A DNA stretch of 64,000 nucleotides, from contig JAJNQF010000419.1 in the NCBI GenBank assembly GCA_021154945.1, forward strand, positions 8,532 to 72,531, written 5' to 3'. The position numbers and the translations under genes were made by a program. Under the pieces are notes generated by a model, which was given only the letters and a program-made list of their open reading frames with translations, made no database searches and was not told the origin of the DNA. This document shows, piece by piece, positions 57,671 through 64,000 of this stretch (position 1 is the stretch's first letter; each line of letters begins with the position of its first letter). The DNA comes from Sphingomonas sp. (lineage in GTDB: Bacteria; Pseudomonadota; Alphaproteobacteria; Sphingomonadales; Sphingomonadaceae).

Positions 57671-60154
57671 TTAAGCCGACGCCTTCACGGCGAGGTTCCA
57701 GGCGACTTCCGCGAATCCGTCGGCAGCGACTTCGAACATCTCCCGCTGCATCCTGGTACCTTCGGCTAGGACTTCGTGATCATCCAACGCGTGTCGATAA
57801 CCGGCGACGAACGTCGCCCAGTGATCGAGCCCATGTCGCCCGGTATGGTCCGCCAAGACCGCGATCCATTCGCGCGCGAGTGCCGTCTTCCCCGCGACGA
57901 TCGCTACGGGAATGCACCCGATGGCCAGGCCGTAGCAGGACGACAGGGCATGATCGATCTGCACCGCATCGTCCGCGCAGGCGCAGGCCAGTTCCAACGC
58001 TCCGGCGATATCGCCTTCGTGCAGCCAACGCAGGCGCATCATGAGGCTCATCGCCGCGATCTTGCCGTCTACCTGAGCATGGTTCGCGTGATTGGCCCGT
58101 TCGGGAACGTCGTCGCCGGCCAATACGTCGTCGAGGTAAGAGGCCGCCGCGTCGTGGTCGCCAGCGAAATGGTACGACAGGGCGAGCATGTGGGCGCCCG
58201 TCTGACGGCCCGCGAGATCACCTTCGGGACCGACGGCATCGGCGAAGCGCCGGGCGAGCGTCAGGCTGTCAGGATATTCGCCGGCGAGTATGTGGTAAGC
58301 CCAGACGCCCCACAGCGCACGCAACGCCAATGCATCCGATCCATTCGCTTCCGCCAGGGCCATCGCGCGGACGAAGGCGTCCCGCATCTCGGGAACGGGG
58401 CCTCGCGTATGCCACAAGGCATGGCCGTAGGCGGAAAGCAGTTCGATCTGCAGTCCGCCATTCACGGCGCCGCCGTCCATCGCGGCGATGGCGGTCTCCG
58501 CATGCACCAGGAACTCACGGGGCAGCGAGAGGTGGAACCATAGGGCGGCACTCGCGATCAGGAGTTCGACGGCCAGCGCAGGCGCGCTCCCTTCGCCGTT
58601 CGCCCAGAGCAGCGAGCCACGGACGTCTTCGATATGCCCGATGTAGGCCGTCAGCCACTCCCTCGGGGCCTTGCCCTCCCAGGCGGCTGCGCTGTTCTCG
58701 AAGACACTTAGCAGATGGTCTGCGTGCACGCGTCTGGCTTCTGCGCCCTCTCCGCGTTCATCCAGCCGCTCCAGTCCGTAGTGACGTGTGGTGTCCAGCA
58801 GTCGGAACCGCACGCTTCGTGAACTCGTCACGCCTCCGACGAGCGACTTGGCCACGAGATCCGCAAGCGCGTCGCGGGCGGCCGACGGTGACAGGCCGGC
58901 GCCGACCGCCGTCGCCATCGCAGCGTCCGCGTCGAAGCCCGACCGGAACAGAGAAAGCCGATCGAGCAGTCGCTGCGCGGTCGGTTCAAGGAGCATGTAG
59001 CTCCAGTCCAGGACCGCCCGCAGCGTCTTGTGGCGGGGGAGGGCGGTCCGCCGACCACGGGTCAGAAGCCCGAACCGGTCGTCCAGACCGGCCGCTATCA
59101 GCCTGGGATCCATGAGATCGCAGCGTGCTGCGGCGAATTCGATCGCAAGAGGCATGCCGTCGAGCTTCCGGCAGATCTCGATCACGGCCGGCATGGTATC
59201 GGGCCCCAACCGGAAGGCGCCGTTGACCGCGCGCGCCCGCTCGCCGAACAGGGCGACCGCAGGATAGGTCCGCTCCGCGTCCAGATCGAGTTCGTCCTCC
59301 ACCGCTGGAAAATCCAGGGCCGCCAGACGGTGCACCCATTCACCTTCGGCGCGCAGCGGTTCCCGGCTCGTCGCAAGCACGGACAGCGACGGAATGGTGC
59401 GAAGAAGGTCCTCGACGACGCCAGCCGCCGCGTCGACGACCTGTTCGCAGTTGTCGAAGAGAAGGAGCGTCGGCATCGCCGAACCCGAGGCCGAGATGCG
59501 ATCCAGAAGATCCCCGCCGGAGGGCGGCAGGCCCAGCGCCGAAGCTACGACCGCCTCCACGTTCGCGGAATCGTCAACGGGCGCCAGGTCCACGAAGCAA
59601 GCCGTCGATCCGGCATCCCGGCTGACCAGTGCTGCGATCTGCAGGGCGGCAGTCGTCTTGCCGATCCCGCCCGGGCCGGCGATCGTGATGAACCTCCGCC
59701 GGCCGAGTTCCTCCGCCAGCGCCGCAACGATCGCGTCGCGACCCCAGACCGATCCGAGGCGGACAGGCAGCGGCGTTGCGACGGCTGCGCCTGTAGACGC
59801 GATCGGCTCTTCGTCAACGCGACCGTGCGCCTCTCTAACCACCGGAAGCGCCAGTCGGTAGCCGCGTCCCGCTTCGTTCACGATCGCGCTTTCGCCGGCG
59901 CCGCCCTCGGCGAGCGCCTTGCGGACCGCGGACAGGTGGACCCGAATCGCGCTTTCGTCGATCGCCTGACCAGGCCAGACGCTCTCGAGCAGCGAGGATC
60001 GCGTCACCAGCGAACCATTCGCCTCGGCCAGCACGGCGAGCAGGTTGAGGGCGCGCCCCCCGAGCTTCACCGGCTCGCCGTCGCGGGTGAGCGTCAACTG
60101 CGGAAGGATGAACTGAAAACGTCCGAAGCGGTAATGGACCGCACTCTCGTTCAC
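57671..60154 (-). CDS. Winged-helix plus P-loop NTPase (NB-ARC/STAND-like) regulator
   Basis: OmpR-type wHTH (VWPG, GRGYR), GPGGIGKTT, LLFDNCE, TSRE.L, DGMPLAIE, helical C-terminus. Confidence 0.9.
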   Translation of the reverse strand: MNESAVHYRFGRFQFILPQLTLTRDGEPVKLGGRALNLLAVLAEANGSLVTRSSLLESVWPGQAIDESAIRVHLSAVRKALAEGGAGESAIVNEAGRGYRLALPVVREAHGRVDEEPIASTGAAVATPLPVRLGSVWGRDAIVAALAEELGRRRFITIAGPGGIGKTTAALQIAALVSRDAGSTACFVDLAPVDDSANVEAVVASALGLPPSGGDLLDRISASGSAMPTLLLFDNCEQVVDAAAGVVEDLLRTIPSLSVLATSREPLRAEGEWVHRLAALDFPAVEDELDLDAERTYPAVALFGERARAVNGAFRLGPDTMPAVIEICRKLDGMPLAIEFAAARCDLMDPRLIAAGLDDRFGLLTRGRRTALPRHKTLRAVLDWSYMLLEPTAQRLLDRLSLFRSGFDADAAMATAVGAGLSPSAARDALADLVAKSLVGGVTSSRSVRFRLLDTTRHYGLERLDERGEGAEARRVHADHLLSVFENSAAAWEGKAPREWLTAYIGHIEDVRGSLLWANGEGSAPALAVELLIASAALWFHLSLPREFLVHAETAIAAMDGGAVNGGLQIELLSAYGHALWHTRGPVPEMRDAFVRAMALAEANGSDALALRALWGVWAYHILAGEYPDSLTLARRFADAVGPEGDLAGRQTGAHMLALSYHFAGDHDAAASYLDDVLAGDDVPERANHANHAQVDGKIAAMSLMMRLRWLHEGDIAGALELACACADDAVQIDHALSSCYGLAIGCIPVAIVAGKTALAREWIAVLADHTGRHGLDHWATFVAGYRHALDDHEVLAEGTRMQREMFEVAADGFAEVAWNLAVKASA

Positions 60155-60268
60155 GTGCCGATCTCCACTGCCGCCAGATGCCTGGGCACCACACGGGATG
60201 CGTCCGGGCCCGGTTGCCCGCCGTCTTCCGGTCCGTCGTGACTAGAGCCTTGTGCGCAACCAGCGCGA

Positions 60269-60284
60269 CTATACGATGGTATAG
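60269..60284. promoter_or_regulatory. Palindrome with perfect arms CTATAC-GATG-GTATAG upstream of the wHTH-NTPase gene
   Basis: Read directly; AT-rich site in a GC-rich intergenic region. Confidence 0.55.
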
Positions 60285-60439
60285 GTTTCGACGTGTCCCT
60301 CAACATGGAAGCGCCGGGCACGCGGGTCATCGCGCCTTTCGACACGCTTCGCCGGCCTCAGGCGCTGGCCAGACGCTCGACGACCTTCACGAGGCAGCGG
60401 TCGTGTTCTCGGGTACGGCCGACTTCGTCGCCGTACCCC

Positions 60440-61636
60440 TCAGCGTCTGCGGATCAGGCTCACGCACTGGATCACGGTGGCGCAGAGCGCCAGTAAGGCC
60501 CCGAGAACGGAGACCCCGAACCAACCGGCCGCGGTCCAGGCCTGGGTGGCGGCAGCGGATCCGGCTGCCCCCCCGAGGAACATCCCGCCCATGAAGATCG
60601 TGTTCAGTCGTGCACGTGCTTCGGGTCTCAGCGCGTAGACGACGTGTTGGTTGGAAACGAGTGCGCTCTGCACCGCGAAGTCGAGTACGATCACGCCGAC
60701 GATCATCCCGGCGATCGACGTCCATAGACTGAATAGTATCCAGGAGACGAGGGTGAGGGCGGCCCCGAGCGCGATGACCGGACGAGGTCCCTTCCTGTCC
60801 GCATAGCGTCCGGCGAGGGGAGCCGCGAGAATGCCCACCGCACCCACGATGCCGAAGAGCCCCGCCACGTCCGCGCCTAGACCGAAGCGCGGTTCCTGAA
60901 GGCGGAACGCCAGTATCGTCCAGAACGCCGTGAAGGCCGCGAAGACGAGCGACTGCGTGACGGCCGCCAGACGCAGTTCACCGAACTCGCGCCACAGCCC
61001 GACCAGGGATCGCAGCAGTTGGCCGTAGGAGAGATCCGTCGTCGGTCGACTGCGGGGCAGCGTCCAAGCCATCCAGGCGCCAGCCGCCAGAGCCATGGGT
61101 ACGCCGAGCCAGAACATCTCCCGCCAGCCGGCATGCGTCGCGACGAACCCGGCAAGCGTCCGGCTCAGCAGAATGCCGCAGAGAACTCCCGACATCACGG
61201 TCCCGACGGTCGCCCCGCGACGATCGGGTGCGGAGAGGTGAGCGGCCAGCGGTACGATCTGCTGTGCGACCGTCGAGGCGACGCCCAGCAGAAGCGACGC
61301 GAGGATCACCAGCCCCGCGGTGGGAGCAAGCGCCGCAGCGACCAGGGCGGCAGCCAGCACCCCGAACTGGATGACGATCAGACGCTTGCGTTCGACCAGG
61401 TCGCCGAGCGGCACGAGCAGGAAGAGTCCGGCAGCGTACCCGAGTTGCGTCGCTGTCGGCACGAACCCCGTCATTCGGCCGGGCAGTTCCCTCTCCATGA
61501 CCCCGAGCATCGGCTGATTGTAGTAGATGTTCGCGACGGCGACGCCGGCGGCAATCGCCATCGCGAACGTCATGCTCGTCGAAAGGGACCTTCCGGTCCC
61601 GGCGGCTCCGGATGTCATCTGCGCTTCGGTCGTCAT
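60440..61636 (-). CDS. MFS transporter
   Basis: [23 protein letters not shown]; about 12 TM segments. Confidence 0.92.
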   Translation of the reverse strand: MTTEAQMTSGAAGTGRSLSTSMTFAMAIAAGVAVANIYYNQPMLGVMERELPGRMTGFVPTATQLGYAAGLFLLVPLGDLVERKRLIVIQFGVLAAALVAAALAPTAGLVILASLLLGVASTVAQQIVPLAAHLSAPDRRGATVGTVMSGVLCGILLSRTLAGFVATHAGWREMFWLGVPMALAAGAWMAWTLPRSRPTTDLSYGQLLRSLVGLWREFGELRLAAVTQSLVFAAFTAFWTILAFRLQEPRFGLGADVAGLFGIVGAVGILAAPLAGRYADRKGPRPVIALGAALTLVSWILFSLWTSIAGMIVGVIVLDFAVQSALVSNQHVVYALRPEARARLNTIFMGGMFLGGAAGSAAATQAWTAAGWFGVSVLGALLALCATVIQCVSLIRRR

Positions 61637-61992
61637 CACAAACTCCGGAATAAAACTGCTTTGCCGCCATGCCGCTCCTCGACGAGGCCACGGACGCACA
61701 GCATCGGTTGACCTGCCCTAGGACAACGGCGGCCGGAAACCTTGTCGCATCCTCCGCCGAACGATCAAAAAACGATGTAGTCGAGTCCGGGCCGGATCGG
61801 TGCATCAGCCCGTCAGAAATCGACCACCCGATAGAAGCGCCGATCGGCCCGTTGAAACGTCGCCTATGTCCGAACGCGCCGAATCGCGTTCGAATTCGAC
61901 AATCGCGCAGGGCCCACGGTCGCGCAGAAGCATCCCATGAAGCGCCGAGCGCACTCACCCAGATTTCGCCGCAGCCTGCCTGGAGATATTCG

Positions 61993-62388
61993 ATGATCCG
62001 ATGCGTCCGCATGTGGACCGGTTCCGATGGTGACTCCCTCTTCGAAGAGGGAAGCATCCAGATGACCGAAGGCGCCCGTGGCGACTTCGTCGGCTCGCCG
62101 GTCGAAGCCGTCGCGGTCTCGTTCCAGGAGACGCGGTCCGGAGGATCGTTCGAATGGCATCAGGACCCGGTCCCGCGGTTCGTCATCACGCTTTCCGGTA
62201 CGCTCGAATTCGAAACGAAGTCCGGAGCGACGTTCACCATCCGCCCGGGTGACGTCCTTCTGGCGCAGGACGACAGCGGAAGTGGTCACAAGTGGCGGCT
62301 GATCGGCGAAGAGCCGTGGCGCAGGGCCTACGTCGTCTATCGCGAGGGCGCCGAACTGAACTTCAAGCCGAAGGGAGACGCGGCATGA
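61993..62388 (+). CDS. Cupin-domain protein
   Basis: GGAG RBS; WH..P..RFVITLSG.LEF, PGDVLLA.D..G.GH. Confidence 0.85.
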   Translation: MIRCVRMWTGSDGDSLFEEGSIQMTEGARGDFVGSPVEAVAVSFQETRSGGSFEWHQDPVPRFVITLSGTLEFETKSGATFTIRPGDVLLAQDDSGSGHKWRLIGEEPWRRAYVVYREGAELNFKPKGDAA

Positions 62389-63884
62389 TCACTCCGACAT
62401 CCTCGAAGCCCGACGTCGTCCTGATCGGCGCCGGCATCATGAGCGCGACTCTCGGCACCGTGCTCAAGGAACTCGATCCGTCGCTGCGGATCGCCATGTT
62501 CGAGACGCTCGACGACTGCGGGCAGGAGAGTTCGGAGGCGTGGAACAACGCCGGGACCGGACACGCGGCAAACTGCGAACTCAACTACACGCCTCAGCGT
62601 GCCGACGGCAGCATCGACATCTCCGAGGCGCTCAAGGTCAACACCGAGTTCGACATATCGCGTCAGCTATGGTCCTTCCTCATCACCAAGGGAGCGATCC
62701 CGGATCCTCGCGCCTTCATACACCCGTGCCCGCACATGAGCTTCGTCTGGGGTACGGAGAACGTCGCGTTCCTGAAGGCCCGGTACGAGGCGATGTCGGC
62801 GCATCACTGCTACCAAGGCATGGAGTACAGCGAGGACCGGACGACGATCGCCGGATGGGCGCCGCTGATCATCGAGGGCCGGGCCGAGGACCAGCCAATC
62901 GCGGCGACACGGATGATCACCGGGTCCGACGTGGACTACGGATCGCTCACCCATCTGCTCGTCAAGCATCTGTCGGCCCAATCCGACTTCGATTTGCGCT
63001 ACAACCGCAAGGTCGTCGATCTGACGCGGACGGACGACGGACGGTGGAACGTCGAGATCGAGGACGTCTACGACGAAACGCGGCAGACCGTATCGGCGGG
63101 CTTCGTGTTCATCGGAGCCGGAGGCGCCTCGATCGAACTCCTCCAGAAGTCCGGCATACCCGAAGGGGACGGCTATGGCGGGTTTCCGGTCAGCGGCATC
63201 TGGCTGCGCTGCGAGATCGACGCGGTGACCTCGCGCCATCACGCCAAGGTCTACGGCAAGGCGGCGAGCGGTTCGCCTCCCATGTCGGTCCCGCACCTCG
63301 ATACGCGCGTGGTCGCTGGAAAGACCTCGCTGCTCTTCGGTCCGTATGCCGGCTTCTCGAGCAAGTTCCTCAAGCACGGTTCCCTGACCGACCTTTTCCA
63401 CTCGATCACGCCCGACAACGTGATCCCGCTCCTCAACGTCGCGAAGGACAACGTGAAGCTCACCGAGTACCTCGTCGGCCAGGTGATGCAGACGGGGGCG
63501 CATCAGTTCGAGACGCTCAAGCAGTTCTTCCCGAACGCCAAGCGCGTCGAGTGGAAGGAGGCGGTCGCGGGCCAGCGCGTCCAGGTCATCAAGCCGGACA
63601 AGACCGACCGGGGCGGCAGTCTGGAGTTCGGGACCGAACTGATCTCCGCCGCCGACAAGTCGATCGTGGCGCTGCTCGGCGCTTCCCCGGGCGCCTCGAC
63701 GGCGGCCTACATCGCGATGGAGGTCCTGGAGAGGTGCTTCCCGGACAAGCTCGCCGACGACGCGTGGTTGCCCGGCTTGAAGAGGATCATCCCGACCTAC
63801 GGCGTCGATCTGACGCAGGACGCAGACGCCTGCCGCGCCACGCGCGCGGCTACGGCGCCGGTCCTGAGGATCGAGAACGTCTGA
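62385..63884 (+). CDS. mqo: Malate:quinone oxidoreductase
   Basis: IGAGIMSATLG, WNNAGTGH, PPMSVPHLD, AGQRVQ, LLGASPGAS; ATGA coupling to the cupin gene. Confidence 0.96.
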   Translation: MITPTSSKPDVVLIGAGIMSATLGTVLKELDPSLRIAMFETLDDCGQESSEAWNNAGTGHAANCELNYTPQRADGSIDISEALKVNTEFDISRQLWSFLITKGAIPDPRAFIHPCPHMSFVWGTENVAFLKARYEAMSAHHCYQGMEYSEDRTTIAGWAPLIIEGRAEDQPIAATRMITGSDVDYGSLTHLLVKHLSAQSDFDLRYNRKVVDLTRTDDGRWNVEIEDVYDETRQTVSAGFVFIGAGGASIELLQKSGIPEGDGYGGFPVSGIWLRCEIDAVTSRHHAKVYGKAASGSPPMSVPHLDTRVVAGKTSLLFGPYAGFSSKFLKHGSLTDLFHSITPDNVIPLLNVAKDNVKLTEYLVGQVMQTGAHQFETLKQFFPNAKRVEWKEAVAGQRVQVIKPDKTDRGGSLEFGTELISAADKSIVALLGASPGASTAAYIAMEVLERCFPDKLADDAWLPGLKRIIPTYGVDLTQDADACRATRAATAPVLRIENV

Positions 63885-63979
63885 CTACGAGATAAAAGTT
63901 TCACGGTTCGCGGCCCGAGCCTCCCTCCCTCCGTGGGTTCGGGTCGCGATCCAGACGAACGGAAAAGAAGGATATTCCG

Positions 63980-64000
63980 ATGACCAAGGTTCTGGTGCTC
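63980..64000 (+). CDS. Start of a gene, probably WrbA-type NAD(P)H:quinone oxidoreductase (partial)
   Basis: AAGGA RBS then MTKVLVL, typical of the WrbA N-terminus; only 7 codons visible. Confidence 0.5.

Noticed and set aside
57650..57676. GTTAAGC direct repeat, 20 nt apart, upstream of the AraC gene
   Set aside because: Only two copies, one overlapping a stop codon; too weak to call a binding site
60151..60345. 64-aa ORF overlapping the start of the wHTH-NTPase gene
   Set aside because: Low-complexity translation spanning a probable promoter and palindromic site

Overview
GC-rich alphaproteobacterial DNA; gene content and codon style suggest a sphingomonad (inference). Two large blocks. 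(1) 1-18.7 kb: a uronic-acid polysaccharide utilisation locus with two TonB-dependent receptors, a DUF4861-like protein, kdgK-kduD-kduI, a LacI regulator, a GH105/GH88-type hydrolase, an unassigned 626-aa secreted protein, two PL38-type lyases, an FAH-type hydratase, an ExuT-like MFS and a PL7 lyase. Four promoters carry a GTTGT-N3-ACAAC palindrome 2-4 nt upstream of a TTGAC(A/C) -35 box, and two also carry a LacI-type TGACACCGGTA(A/G)CA site. KduI/KduD rather than a DEH reductase points to a glucuronate-type substrate such as glucuronan rather than alginate. (2) 19.3-64 kb: an accessory redox/hydrolase region with poxB, fumC, mqo and a probable wrbA start, a ycaC-cpo-xapX-amidohydrolase-glyoxalase-doxX-porin-DUF1275 operon of unknown function, many flavin enzymes and dense regulators (2 histidine kinases, 3 response regulators, 2 AraC, 2 LysR, 1 wHTH-NTPase). 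It also holds a recurrent CTATAC-N4-GTATAG palindrome, a serine-less hydrolase, an orphan immunity-like gene in a repeat-rich patch and several small ORFs missed by the track. No rRNA, tRNA, CRISPR, transposase or integrase was seen. Calls come from motif recognition by eye, and several starts were moved to RBS-supported codons.
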